From Octopus vulgaris (Eukaryota), in the NCBI GenBank assembly GCA_951406725.2, contig OX597822.1, forward strand, positions 15,686,001 through 15,750,000: DNA of 64,000 nucleotides, written 5' to 3'. The position numbers and the translations under genes were made by a program. The notes under the pieces are model-generated. The model did not search any database and was not told the origin of the DNA. It saw nothing but the letters and a program-made list of their open reading frames with translations. Positions 1 to 13,511 of the stretch are shown piece by piece; the first letter of the stretch is position 1; each line of letters opens with the position of its first letter.

Positions 1-419
1 TGTACGCTGTTGATCACTTGATCATATAACTTACTTTTTAAAAAAATGTAAATTGTAGAAGTTCGGGTAAGGCAATGAAGTTGTTTACGCAAATTATATT
101 TATCTCTTAAAGTATGTTTTAAAGACAGAGCTATGAATGCTAAAGACCTGGTGTTTTATAGCTGATATATGTATGTATGTACACATTTAGGTGTTGCAAA
201 TGTTTTTGTTGTTGTTGCTAAATTACATTCAGTGTTTGATCGTGTAAACCTATAATGAACATATTTCCAACCTTAGCCATTTCCACACTGTTAATCATAA
301 ATATATAGTCCAGCATTTCCTAATTTTGTTGCTATTTCTAACAACTTGATTCAATGGAGGTTGCCATTATCTTGTGGATCAGGGATGTTATATCGTACAT
401 TACGAGCAACGATGGTAGT

Positions 420-1100
420 TGGTGTCACATCTCCATAGCAGAAATGAAATTGCTTCAAGTTTCCTTGATACGAAAACTATAGGATGTATAATTTTTAACG
501 ATTTGGTTGATATATCTTACACATAAATCATCTAGGTAGAGTTTTTTTCATTTTCTCAAAGATTTTAGTTGCAGAAATTTATGTAATAACATATGAGCTA
601 AAACATTATCGATTTATTGATATAAAACTGTTACGCAAAATCATCATAATTTTTTCAACCCAAACGTCACATTCTATACCAAAATAATTTCCCGAGAAAT
701 CAATTTAATAGCATCTGTTTGTATTATAAAATTTTCCACAAACAATTTTATATATGCTTGCCCCCATAGACATGCAACTAATTGGGATTCATATTTAAAC
801 AGAAATGTCTCAAATCGATTACTGCTTACATTAATATTATTAGGCGAATGCTATTATTAGGATAATGGTGCTACACATAAACGCTCTTATCTTTTCGCAT
901 ATAAGGATTTTCCCTTGAAGCCTTTTGTGGCTAGCTTTTAATGGCGTTTGTGAACTTTATCATTGATGGGAGATGAACCCTATTTGAGATCTATGATAAC
1001 TTTACATCAAACTGTCTTAATCTCGCCTTTTCAGTCGTACATATTTGATTGGAACCTTCTTTGATTTTTTTTAAAGGGAAGTTTGGATTTAAGAGAAGTT
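420..1100 (-). mobile_element. Highly decayed reverse-transcriptase remnant, possibly Penelope-like
   Basis: Minus strand 521-538 reads YLDDLC and about 785-820 reads FETFLFKYE, resembling the Penelope RT motifs YIDD and ANLFLxxYE. No open frame; boundaries uncertain. Confidence 0.3.
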
Positions 1101-1786
1101 GGCTCTAAATTTTTGCAGCTCAAGTGACCAAATGACATAGACTTTCGACCCTGTGCTACGTTTGTAGATTAGCGAAGTTCGTCCAATGACGGTTAATTTG
1201 TAATGATAGCGTATTTTATATTGCATATGTCCAACAATAGTGTCGTTTCTTAAAAGTTTCCAATAAGCCTAGCATTACATCACTCTTTTTCGCATGTCGA
1301 AGGTGAAAATGGAGTGTCTGATAAATTGGTCCAGGGAAAATAGCCACGATTCGTTCGAAAAGTAAGGGGATTCAGTTTCATTCTTGTTCCATTGTGGATG
1401 TTTATTTACTTTGTCAAATTACACATGCATAAAATCTTCTCACAAGACTCGTACACGCTGAAGCACATACGTACACACATGTGCGCGTGCACTCAGTCAT
1501 ATATGTATGTACATATGTAGATATATATGACTCGATACCGTACAGTTTCCGGCTATCAAATGAAAGACCGCTATCTGACTTCATTTCGGAGATCCTAAGA
1601 TGGGGAAAGGAATGATGAAATTTCATCTCATAACGTTAGAAATAGCTTAATAATTTACCACCTCAAATATGTAGTGCGGAAAACTAATGATTCTGCGAAG
1701 TACTCAACCAATAAAAGCTTTACTACAAGAACGAAAACAACAACTGCGGCTACTACTTTCTAATAATAATAATAATAATAATAATA

Positions 1787-1995
1787 GTGATTTAAAACCG
1801 GAAATTCTAACCCATACATCTCAAGAGCAAGTACTACGTACAAATTACATACAATACAAAATAGACAAAACATCACAAAGTGATAAGTGCAGAATTTGGG
1901 AACAAAATGGTGAAACCGTATGGCATATTACCAGCCAATATACGCCACCAACCCAGAAGGAATATAAGACAAGGCACGACAATATAACAAGATAA
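1787..1995 (+). mobile_element. R4/Dong-clade retrotransposon fragment (zinc knuckle/RLE region)
   Basis: Translation QEQVLRTNY...DKCRIWEQNGETVWHITSQ...EYKTRHDNI is a degraded CCHC knuckle plus RHD motif, homologous to 39250-39410. It starts right after an (AAT)n tract at 1761-1786. Confidence 0.75.
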
Positions 1996-1999
1996 TGAA

Positions 2000-2485
2000 A
2001 ATACCAGTTACAGTAAAGTCGTTCCTATCAAAAGAAAAGCTTGAATTTTGGAATAAAATTTGGGCAGAAGAAAAAACAATAAAAGACCTCTTGGATTGAT
2101 AGAATATTTACAGACTTAGAGTAGAAGAGCAAAAGTGGGAGTGTATCAAGGTAGAGGATGTAATAATAATGAGGAGTAGAATGAAGCTGTGAGCAAAGGT
2201 GTAGACAAATAGTTGATAGAGACTGGAATAGAGGCACACTTTCTACAGAAAGCCAGGTGTCGCATAAGTGTCCTAAAAATCAGTGATCACACTTGGGTGG
2301 GAGTTATTTCCGGGGAGAAGCGGGGTGTATTTAGAACATAAGAAAAATTGAAAATGGAGACAAACACTCAAGAAGTTATCAAATTATTTATATTTTCATA
2401 TCATCGACATATGTTTCGATGGATGCATTCAAAATACATCCGAGAGGGTGATTAATGTTGAGCAATGCATCAATCTTATCAGGGA

Positions 2486-2487
<2 letters not shown>
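2000..2487 (-). mobile_element. Decayed LINE RT fragment (CR1/Jockey-like)
   Basis: Minus-strand LLNINHPLG...IETYVDDMKI resembles the RT motif LLYINDL...YADDTKI. It is cut by the (TA)n tract at 2488. Confidence 0.45.
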
Positions 2488-2577
<90 letters not shown>

Positions 2578-2582
2578 GTATA
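2488..2582. repeat. (TA)n microsatellite with (TATG)n tail
   Basis: Seen directly. Confidence 0.97.
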
Positions 2583-3712
2583 TTGCCTGAAGAAATTCAT
2601 TAATGTTCACGAAAATTGTAAAACGGAAGTCCAAGAAGAAAATACTGGACTTCTTCTACTATGGTCTCAGACTCAGAAATTTATAAGCACAATGCTGGGG
2701 AAGATGTTTGGCGGAATAGAATACGGTAAAGGTCCTGTGTATTATTAACTTTTATATGAATTATAAGTAACATTATTGAATTATTCAATAATTGATGAGC
2801 ATTCAAGTGTATATAGCCGAGAAATAAGTAGTACAGGAATTATTTAGAATGACAAGCTTCACATTTGTCGTTTGGGCTAATTTTTTGTGTCTGTAATATT
2901 CCAGGCTGGAATATGAGTTGTTTTGGCACAGCCGTTTTGGCGTCGCTAGTTTGGCGTTACTGATTCGACACTGTGTCACTGGACAGTAAACGTTATGTTT
3001 CTTGTTCTCTCTATGTGTGAGGAGATACAGAGTGGTTATATAAGTCGTGTAGAATAAATAATTTTTAATTCCTCCCTCTTTCTCTCAGCATATATTTCAC
3101 ACTCTGCTCTCTATAATAAGAAAAGTATGAATACAGAGACATTTACATAACTACACTCACATCATGGTTGCTATAACAGCACCTTGAAAAATCAAATTGT
3201 TCTTTGTTTTTACTAGTTATGAAAGTATATAGGAGTGAGATTTGTATATATGTATATATATATATATATACACCCACACACATATGTATATACACATACA
3301 CACATACATACACACTCATACACACATATATATATATACACACACACACATACACATATACATATATCTGCAACTTTTGAAGTAACAAGCACATACTGCT
3401 CTCTCTATGAAGAGGAGAAATATGTGAATACTTTAGTTCTGTGTGTAAACATGATGGCCTGGGTAAATTTCTAGAAGCTACACGGATTATTGAATTGTCT
3501 TCGATGTTGCTTTTGTTCCTAGTGGCGAATGCGTATTGGAGTCCCAGCGAATGTAATAAAACAGATTGACTAAGAGATAATTTATCGATTTTAAAATCAG
3601 AGGAAAAAGCTACTACTGAAACCAGGATTCGAACTTAATATCTTTGTTCACTTTCTCATGCAATTTTACGAAATAGTTATCAAATAATCCTTAAATTCAA
3701 GACTATTGTCAC

Positions 3713-4038
3713 GGTCCGTGGCTCAGTGGTTAAGATATTCTGCTCATGAACGTCTGGTCATGAGTTCGATTCCCGGCGGCGCGTTGTGTCCTTGAGCGAG
3801 ATACTTTATTTCTCGTTGCTTCGGTTTACTCAGCTGACAATAATTAGTCGTACCTGCATTTCTAAGAGCCAGCCCTCTCACATTTGTGAGACGTTGAATT
3901 TACCTGTGAATTATGTTAAAAGTACACGCGCATGTGTGTGAAGTGTTCTGCCGCTTGCATATTAATTTCATAAGCAGGATGTCCCTTTGATCGGATCAAC
4001 TGGAATCCTTGGCGTCGCAACTGACGGAGTGCCAATAA
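3713..4038 (+). mobile_element. tRNA-derived SINE, family C
   Basis: A box (GTGGCTCAGTGG) and B box (GAGTTCGATTCC), then GTTGTGTCCTTGAGC. The 3' end GACGGAGTGCCAA is shared with the reverse copy at 24793-25174. Confidence 0.8.
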
Positions 4039-4356
4039 TTCGAGACCATTAGAAGAAAATTTTTAATTGAAACATCTCTATAATACAAATTCCATCATGC
4101 TGGCAGAGTGTATTGCCTTAGCAACAATGTTTATAAATGCCATGACATGATCTACGGCACTGAACAATCACTGAGACTAATTGTGTGATATCAGTTTAAG
4201 ATGTACTTTTCTATTTTTACTTGATGTAGAAATGAGAATATGAAGTTGCTGGGCAGACACACAGAAATCTTTATTTCACAGAATCAGAATCGTAGAATAA
4301 ATATAACAAACTGTATATATGTATGATTTTAGATAACCTTACTCATTTCCTGCAAG

Positions 4357-4387
<31 letters not shown>

Positions 4388-4639
4388 ATGCACATACACA
4401 CACATAATACATATATACGGGTATACATATAGAGGATATAAAGAGATGAATTACAAACAGTTATTTGCCGTGAAAACGCAGCAAATTTTTACTATGCACT
4501 TTGTGTCTGCACGTAATCTTCAGGCTGAAGTTACAAGGCGTATTATAAGAAAATCTGCTAGACACGTGTCTTCACACCAAGGAACTGCTGCTATATACAC
4601 GCACGCACACACACGCAAAGATACACAGACAGACATTTA

Positions 4640-5058
<419 letters not shown>

Positions 5059-6449
5059 AAGTTTCTTTATTGGCCACACAGGGCTGCACACAGATGAGAC
5101 AAGTTACAAGGTAGAGCTTTTCTTTTGGGGGATGAAAAAAACAAAAAAACAAAAGAAAAAAAAGGGGTGGCGTAGGTTTTCAATCAAGAGGGATCGTAAA
5201 AGGGAAGAAAAGAACAAAAAAAAATAAATAAATAAAAAATAAAACTAAAAAAAAGAAAAGGAAAAGGAACAAGAGAAATGAAAAAAAGAAGAAAAAAGGG
5301 GAAAAAAGGGGAAGAGGAAAAAAAAACGATTAATAGGGATCGTGTATCACATTGTTATGATATATGGTGTAAAGGGGAAAGCAATTAAGGTTTATCCGTG
5401 GGAAGAAAAGCCTACGAAAAAGACCACGGTAACCTTGGTCAATATTGTTATATGTTACCACATTTGTTTGCAAGTGGGTAACTCTCTGTTTTTAATTTCT
5501 GGGTTCATAGGATTATGCTCAAGGTGGCTTCGTCATTCATACATGCCATCCTTGCTACATTCACCAATCTTTTTTTAAAACATTCGCTAGACAAAACTTG
5601 CCTCTCTACTCTCACTTTCCTTTTCAAGTGGTACTTGAAGAAGTTGATGAGAGATTGACCAGAGAGGAAAGTGTTTGTCTCCAATCCTTTCAGACGCGTC
5701 CACCAGATACATTCTTTCGCCATAGCCACAAGGATGATGAAAATAGCTCTTCCTTCCCGTTTGAAGGAAGGAGGCGTGACAATATTAACGATAGACTCAG
5801 CTGATAAACCGACTCGTCCCACACGTGACAGCAGTTGTTCGACATAAGCCCACAGGTCGGAAATTGTTGGACACTACACGAGTGCGTGCAGAACGGTTTC
5901 GTCGCTCTGACCGCATCTCGGGCAGGTCGGCCCCGTGTTTCTCGAGCCGTGTCTGTAGAGCTTATCCCGAACGGGTAGCGCTTCTCGGTAGCACCGCCAG
6001 CCCAGGGATCTCTGGAAGTTGTCCATGGGCCCTGGCCCGAAAGTCGTCCCGAATAGGCGGATCAGGTACTCCTCGTCGACGTCCAGGTTCGCCCCGAGCT
6101 CGTCGTCGTATCTCCCCTCCACTAATCCCCTATAAAATGCTTGGGTTGTGATGAAGTCACTTAAGGTCGACCCAGGACGACAGAGTTGCTTGAGAGCAAC
6201 GTGACACTCGCGGTGCCATTCGCCCTTCTTCGGCCTCTTTTTGATCCACGAGTGCAGTTCGGTCATGGAGATGAGCTGCGGGAAAGCGTGCCTCACAAAC
6301 GGCGACCACACCTGTTCACCGTCGTCTACGAAGAGCCTGAGATGTTGCAGTCTCAGCGCGTGTCTGCGCATCATCAACCACGGCATGCCCAGTCCTCCTT
6401 ATAACGGGTGTTGACAGCAAATGGATCGCCTTACCATCAGGACGCATCC
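5059..6449 (-). mobile_element. L1/Tx1-clade LINE, 5'-truncated copy 1 (ORF2 C-terminus plus 3' UTR)
   Basis: ORFs 5874-6386 and 5505-5822 encode LPVRDKL...CPRCGQSDETVLHALVxC (zf-RVT and CCHC knuckle). The U-rich 3' UTR ends CAATAAAGAAACTT-(ATCT)n. Both ends abut (GATA)n. Confidence 0.92.
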
Positions 6450-6451
6450 AT

Positions 6452-6500
<49 letters not shown>

Positions 6501-6732
6501 AGGCGGCAAGCTGGCAGAAACGTTAGCGCGCCGGGCGAAATACGTAGCCGTATTTCGTCTACCGTTACGTTCTGAGTTCAAATTCAGCCGAGGTCGACTT
6601 TACCTTTCATCCTTTCGGGATCGATAAATTAAGTAACAGTTACGCACTGGGGTCGATGTAATCGACTTAATCCGTTTGTCTGTCCTTCTTTGTCCCCTCT
6701 ATGTTTAGCCTCTTGTGGGTAATAAGGAAACA
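6501..6732 (+). mobile_element. tRNA-derived SINE, family A, full length, inside the (GATA)n tract
   Basis: Head GGCGGCAAGCTGGCAGAA, B box GAGTTCAAATTC, central CCTTTCATCCTTTCGGGATCGATAAATTAAGTA. Homologous copies at 42910, 63320 and 63541. Confidence 0.88.
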
Positions 6733-6995
6733 GATAGGTAGGTTGATAGATAAATAGGTAGATAGATACATAGGTAGACATATAGATAGGTAGGTAGATA
6801 GATAGGTAGGTAGGTAGATAGATAGGTAGGTAGATAGGTAAGTAGGTAGGTAGATAGATAGATAAGTAAGTAGATAGATACATAGATAGATAGATAGATT
6901 GATAGATAGATAGGTAGGTAGGTAGATAGATAGATAGGTAGGTAGGTAGGTAGGTAGGTAGGTAGGTAGGTAGGTAGGTAGATAGATAGGTAGAT

Positions 6996-7023
6996 ATGTT
7001 TCTTATTAGCCATACAGGACTGC
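6996..7023 (-). mobile_element. Extreme 3' tip (about 28 nt) of the same Tx1 LINE
   Basis: ATGTTTCTTATTAGCCATACAGGACTGC matches the terminus ATGTTTCTTTATTAGCCACACAGGGCTGC at 7204, with the same TAGAT junction. Confidence 0.8.
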
Positions 7024-7120
7024 TAGATACGTGTCTTCACAGCAAGGAACTACTGCTATATACACGCACGCACGCACACACACGCACAGATACACAGACA
7101 GACATTTAGACAGAAAGATA
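7020..7120 (+). repeat. Direct duplicate of unique flank 4555-4650
   Basis: CTGCTAGAyACGTGTCTTCACAsCAAGGAACTrCTGCTATATACACGCACGCAC...GATACACAGACAGACATTTAGACAGA occurs at both sites. Confidence 0.93.
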
Positions 7121-7203
7121 GATAGATAGGTAGGTAGGTAGGTAGGTAGGTAGGTAGGTAGGTAGGTAGATAGATAGGTAGGTAGATAGATATGTAGGTA
7201 GAT

Positions 7204-9100
7204 ATGTTTCTTTATTAGCCACACAGGGCTGCACACAGATAGAACAAATTACAAGGTAGAGCTTTTCTTTTGAAGGTTTAAAAAAAAAAAAAAAAAGGAA
7301 GGGGGAGTTTCGATCAAAAGGGATCGTAAAAGGAGAGAAAGAGGACAAAAAAAGGGGGGGGTAAAAAAAGGGGGGGTAAAAAAAGGGGGAGAGGAAAAAA
7401 AAATGATCAATAGGGATCGTTATCACAGAAATGTCAATATGAAGTGTAAAGGGGAGGACAGGTGAGGTTTACCCGTGGAAAGAAAAGCCTACGGAAAAGA
7501 CCACGGTCACCTCGGTCAATGGAGTCACATGTTATATTCCTTTTTTTTTTTTTTTTTGCAAATAAGCAACTCTCTGTTTTCAATTTCTGGGTTCATAGGA
7601 TCATGCTCAAGGTGGCTTCGTCATTCATACGTGCCATTCTTGCTACATTCACCCATCTTTTTTTAAAACATTCACTAGACAAAACTTGCCTCTCTACTCT
7701 CACTTTCCTCTTCAAGTGATACTTGAAGAAGTTGATGAGAGATTGACCAGAGAGGAAAGTGTTTGTCTCTAATCCTTTCAGGCGCGTCCACCAGATACAT
7801 TCTTTCGCCATAGCCACAAGTATGATAAAAATAGCTCTTCCTTCCCGTTTGAAGGAAGGAGGCGTGACGATATTAACGATAGACTCGGCTGATAAACCGA
7901 CACGTCCCACACGTGACAGCAGTCGTTCGACATAAGTCCACAAGTCGGAAATTGCTGGACACTGCCCGATTGCGTGCAGAGCGGTTTCGTCGCTCTGCTC
8001 GCATCTCGGGCAGGTCGGCCCCGTGTTTCTCGAGCCATGCCTGTAGAGCTTATCCCGAACGGGTAGCGCTTCTCGGTAGAACCGCCAGGCCAGGGATCTC
8101 TGGAAGTTATCCATAGGTCCCGGGCCGAAAGTCGTTTGAAACAGGCGGGTCAGGTATTCCTCGTCGACGCCCAGGTTTGCCCCGAGATCGTCGTCGTATC
8201 TCCCCTCCACTAATCCCCTATAGAATGCTTTGGTTGTGTTGAAGTCACTCAAGGTCGACCCAGGACGGCAGAGTTGCTTGAGAGCAACGCGACACTCGCG
8301 GTGCCATTCGCCCTTCTTCGGCCTCTTTTTGATCCACGACTGCAGTTCGGTCATGGAGACGAGCTGCGGGAAAGCGTGCCTCACAAACGGCGACCACACC
8401 TGTTCACCGTCGTCTACATAGAGCCAGAGATGTCGCAGTCTCAGCGCGTGTCTGCGCATCATCAACCACTGCATGCCCAGCCCTCCTTTTAACGGGTGTT
8501 GACAGCAAATGGATCGCCTGACCATCGGGACACATCCTTTCCGGAAGAAGCGAAAGAGAATGCGTTGTAGTTTGGTGATGGTAGGGTCGGGGCAAGGTAC
8601 GACGGTCAGGCGGTAGTAGATGACGGACGCGATGTACGTGTTCGCCACCTCCGCCCGAACTTTTAGGGACAGTTTCCTCTCGGCCCATTGCTGGCGAGAG
8701 TGACCACCCTACTCGTTATCTCGTTCCAGTTCTTCTCCACTTGGAGGTCCGGACCAAACCAGACCCCGAGCAACTCAACCGGGCCGTCGGTCCAGCGCCC
8801 CACGACGGAGGCGCTGGTGGACGGCATGGGCTTGCTTCTCCAGGTGCCTAGTCGCAAGCCCACTGACTTTTCCCGGTTGATTTTCGCTCCTGTCACCGCT
8901 TCGTAGTTTTTCAGTGTCTCGCCGACCTGCTCGATGTGCTCGTGGCTAGACACTATGACGGTGACGTCGTCCGCGTATGCAGACACGCTCGTCCCGCATC
9001 CCAGTTCTCGCGGGATGCCCCTCAAAGTTGCCAGCTTCCACAATAATGGCTCGAGCGTCAATACGTATAGAAGCGCCCAGAGGCGGCATCCCTGACGGAC
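7204..9100 (-). mobile_element. L1/Tx1-clade LINE, 5'-truncated copy 2 (RT second half to 3' end)
   Basis: Starts at VRQGC (9100), then SAYADDV, GAKINREKS, LLGVWF (ORF 8663-9061). ORF 7593-8648 has KGGLGM and the CCHC knuckle. Frameshifts near 9075 and 8680; flanked by (GATA/GGTA)n. Confidence 0.95.
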
Positions 9101-9107
9101 AGGTAAG

Positions 9108-9186
<79 letters not shown>

Positions 9187-9260
9187 GTAGGTAGGTAGGT
9201 AGGTAGGTAGGTAGGTAGGTAGGTAGGTAGATAAATAGGTAGGTAGATAGATAGGTAGAT

Positions 9261-11945
9261 ATGTTTCTTTATTAGCCACAGAGGGCTGCACACAGACGGG
9301 ACAGATTACAAAGTAGAGCTTTTCTTTTGGGGGGAGAGAAAAGGAAAAATGGTGGGTTAGGTTTTCGATCAAAAAGGATCGTAAAAGGGAAGGAAGAAAA
9401 AGGGGGGGGGAAGAAAACGATCAATAGGGATCATGTTCACAGTGTCATGGTGTAAAGTGTGAAGGGGAAGCAGATAAAGTTTATCCGTGGGAAGAAAAGC
9501 CTACGAAAAGACCACGGTTACCTCGGTCCGTTTGAAGGAAGGAGGCGTGACAATATTGACGATAGACTCGGCTGAAAAACCGACTCGTTCCACACGTGAC
9601 AGCAGTCGTTCGACATAAGCCCACAGGTCGAAAATTGTTGGACACTGCACGAGTGCGTGCAGAACGCTTTCGTCGCTCTGACCGCATCTCGGGCAAGTCG
9701 GTCCCGTGTTTCTCGAGCCGTGTCTGTAGAGCTTATCCCGAACGGGCCAGGCCAGAGATCTCTGAAAGTCCATGGGCCCTTGCCTGAAAGTCGTCCTGAA
9801 CAGGCGGGTCAGGTATTCCTCGTCGACGTCCAGGTTCGCCCCGAGCTCGTCGTCGTACTTCCCCTCCACTAATCCCCTATAAAATGCTTGGGTTGTGATG
9901 AAGTCACTTAAGGTCAACCCGGGACGGCATAGTTGCTTGAGAGCAACGCGACACTCGCGGTGCCATTCGCCCTTTCTCGGCCTTTTTTTTAGATCCACGA
10001 GTGCAGTTCGGTCATGGAGACGAGTTGCGGGAAAGCGTGCCTCACAAACGGCGACCACACCTGTTCACCGTCGTCTACATAGAGCCAGACATGTCGCAGT
10101 CTCAGCGTGTCTGCGCATCATCAACCACGGCATGCCCAGTCCTCCTTTTAACGGGTGTTGACAGCAAATGGATACCTCTGTACAAAGCGGATATCCAGCC
10201 GTGGAAGACGGGACCGAAATCAGCCGCTCTGAGGACAGCCTCCAAGTATCGATGGTCTACTCTATCGAAAGCTTTCGATTGATCCAAATTGATCAGCGCC
10301 CCACCCATGCCAGGTTCCTTAACTACCCTGTCTATGATGTAACGCATGAGGTGGAGGTTGTCATGGATGCTCCGACCCGGGACAGCGCACGTTTGCGCCT
10401 TGTCGACCAGTTTCCCGATGACAAGCGCCAACCTCTTGGCTAACACCTTGACCAAAATTTTCAAGTCTGCATTAAGCTGAGTGATGGGCCTAAAGTTATC
10501 TATTACATCCCCCTTGTTTATATCTTTCTTCAGCAGTGTTACGGCTTCTCGGCTCACAAAACCAGGAATGCTCCCGTTTTGCTGCCAGTTACAGTACACC
10601 GCTGCCAAGACATCTCCAAACAAGTCTGGCATACAACTGTAAATCTCGTAGGGTAGACCATTCAAACCCGGCGATATGTCCCTCGAGCATTCTGCCATCG
10701 CGTCCTGCACTTCCGCCGCCGTGATGGCACCTTCACAGCGCCCTGCCTCTCTTGTCGAGAGTCGTGGTAGGCTGTGTAGGTAGGCACTGAAGTCCATCCT
10801 ACGTTCTTGCCCGCCACTCGTCCCGAACAGTCGGGCAAAATGCTGTTGAGAGGCCTCACACATTTTACTTGGCTCAAGCAATTTGCGCCCCTGTTCATCT
10901 ACCAGAGACCGAATGGCGGCTTTGTTTCCCTGTTGCGCCTCTGCCCTCCGGGCCACTCGCGCGGCTCCAACACCTTCGTTTCTTAGAGCACGCATCCTAG
11001 CTCTGACAACACACCCTTCGTGTTTGGCGTTGAAGTGTTGGTCGAGGGCCAACCTCGCCGCCAAAACGTCGGATGCGATGCCGCTTCTAATTGCCTCTTC
11101 TAGCTTCTTAACTAGCTCACCCTCTACTCTATTTTTATCTATGGCTAGTGCTTTGCTGTACCTAATCGCTTATGCTTTTACTGCCCTCTTTACTAGTTTG
11201 CTAATCCGGTCTCTGAAAACCTGTCTCGATGGGAAAGACGAGTTTAGTTTCCAGTATCCGGGACCCTGCCTATGTGTCTTAACTAAGTCTAGCGTGCATG
11301 TCACAAGTTTGTGATCCGTGTAGTTGACTATGTGGAATTGTGAACATCCTACGCTATCTCTATCTACTGTCCTACACAGTATCCTATCTAGATACGATCT
11401 CGACGACCCGATGCGGTTGCTCCATGTCCACGTTGGCGCATTCGAGTGGTCGAATCGGTACCTGTCAGACAGTTGAAAGCGTCTGAGCAGGTCTCTGAGG
11501 CATTTGCATCCCCGTCTATTCCTATCTCTGCCCACGTAGTCTTCATGTCTGTTCAAGGTAGCATTCCAATCCCCCACTAAGAGTAAAGGACGAGACTTCC
11601 TAAGAATACTACGTTGAAAGAAATCCTCCCGACCTGTTAAAGGCGGTGCGTAGACTGATACAAGTCGAAAAGCGCACCTATTGCTGCCGTCGACATCCAG
11701 GACGACCAGTCTACCCTCCGGGTCTACGAATATTGTCTTTACTTTGAGATCCAGACTCTTGCGAAAAGGTACCGCGGTGCCACTACCGCCCCTTGGCAGA
11801 CAGGGGGAAAAATAAATGTTGAACTGTCCGCCAAACATGGTCTTTAGGGCCCGCGGATTGTGGAGGCTATGATTTCTAACTTGTGTGACTTTATGTCATT
11901 TAAGAGGTATCCTTGTGTCCAAGGGGAAGGTACCCTTGTTTCAGA
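9261..11945 (-). mobile_element. L1/Tx1-clade LINE copy 3 (APE endonuclease plus RT N-half, two internal deletions)
   Basis: ORF 11170-11838 has APE motifs SVYAP, LVGDWNA, YLDRIL, TDHKLV, GPGYWKLN. ORF 10102-11064 has SPGLNGLP, NFRPITQLN, LDQSKAFDRVDH. Same 3' terminus as the other copies. Confidence 0.95.
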
Positions 11946-11948
11946 TAT

Positions 11949-12007
<59 letters not shown>

Positions 12008-12099
12008 TATAGATAGGTAGATCGATAGATAGGTAGATAGGTAGATAGATTGATAGGTAAATCGATAGATAGGTAGATACATAGGTAGATAGACTTACT

Positions 12100-12270
12100 T
12101 CATACAAGTACGTCCAAAGTTCATAAATAAACAGACTTCCACAGGTCAAATTCACACACATCTTGAAAAAAAAATGTATTTTACTCCCTCCACACAAGTA
12201 CGTGCAAAACGTTCATAATGAGCAGATTTCACAGGTCAAACTCAACATTCAAAAGAAAAAAAAACATCAA
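12100..12270 (+). repeat. Two imperfect tandem units of about 90 bp
   Basis: CAAGTACGT...GTTCATAA...CAGA.TT.CACAGGTCAAA.TCA occurs at about 12104 and about 12195. Confidence 0.7.
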
Positions 12271-12653
12271 CGGACGAGTCCAAATTTTCTAATAAAAAGC
12301 AAAATTTATTGCTAAACACTTAAATGGTTGTAGTTAACAGAAATACAACGTCGCCGGTTTCAAAACCCGTAACACTAAACAACTTTATTACATCTACTTT
12401 TATTTCTATACACTTTCAAGAAGGTGAACGAAACCTATGGTTGAAAAAGGGATCATCTCAGTAAATCTATTCAAAGTTTTTGGCCCAAAAGACTTATGGA
12501 TGTTTGGTGGGAGTTGTTGTATGTAAAGGCGTTGACCCAAATTTTGCTTGTTCTATAACCAATGTTTCTTTATCTTTGTCTCATTTATATTTGGGCAAGT
12601 TAGTCCTATAAACCCCTTTGTTTCTATTACAAAAGACAAATAGTATTTGTTGT

Positions 12654-12895
<242 letters not shown>

Positions 12896-13372
12896 AATAC
12901 TAGACTGTGAGCATCTGCGTATATGCAGATTACTATACACACAGATAGATTATATGTGTGCATGAATTGTACTTTTTATTCTGTAGAAACTTTGAGATAT
13001 AAGAAAAATATTTCATTCGTGTTTCGTGTATCAGTATTCTCCACAACATTACTTGCGGCTGACAGCTTTCGAAAATTACAGAATATTTATATTCTAAGCG
13101 CATTCTTTCATTTTTTTCTTTAAGTGTCAGCCTAAAGGCTGCAGCTATGCTAGAAGAGACTAAATATGGTGACTATATATTTTAATATAGAACAATGTAA
13201 TTCGATCATAGTTATGGCTCATAATTATCTCAAGTAAAAATGAAGCTACAGGGATTTCACAATATATATATACGCGCCAATTATAAAATATACGTTCGCC
13301 CACGCATCAAGTTTACGATTGAAATATGTTTTGTACATACAGAAATTGAGATAGAGATGAACAGATACACAT

Positions 13373-13428
<56 letters not shown>

Positions 13429-13511
13429 GCTCACACACACACACTACTCAAAGTAAAATTTTGAAATGCACATTCTGAAATTTTGTCTGCCTTTTAATCT
13501 TTTTAGTTTTT

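Noticed and set aside
3713-3790. tRNA gene (also 25095-25174 and 49585-49626)
   Set aside because: A/B boxes are present but there is no complete cloverleaf, and the sequence either runs into a SINE body or stops after the head.
5598-11314. Plus-strand ORFs over the Tx1 copies
   Set aside because: They are antisense shadows of GC-rich ORF2 sequence and recur only because the element recurs.
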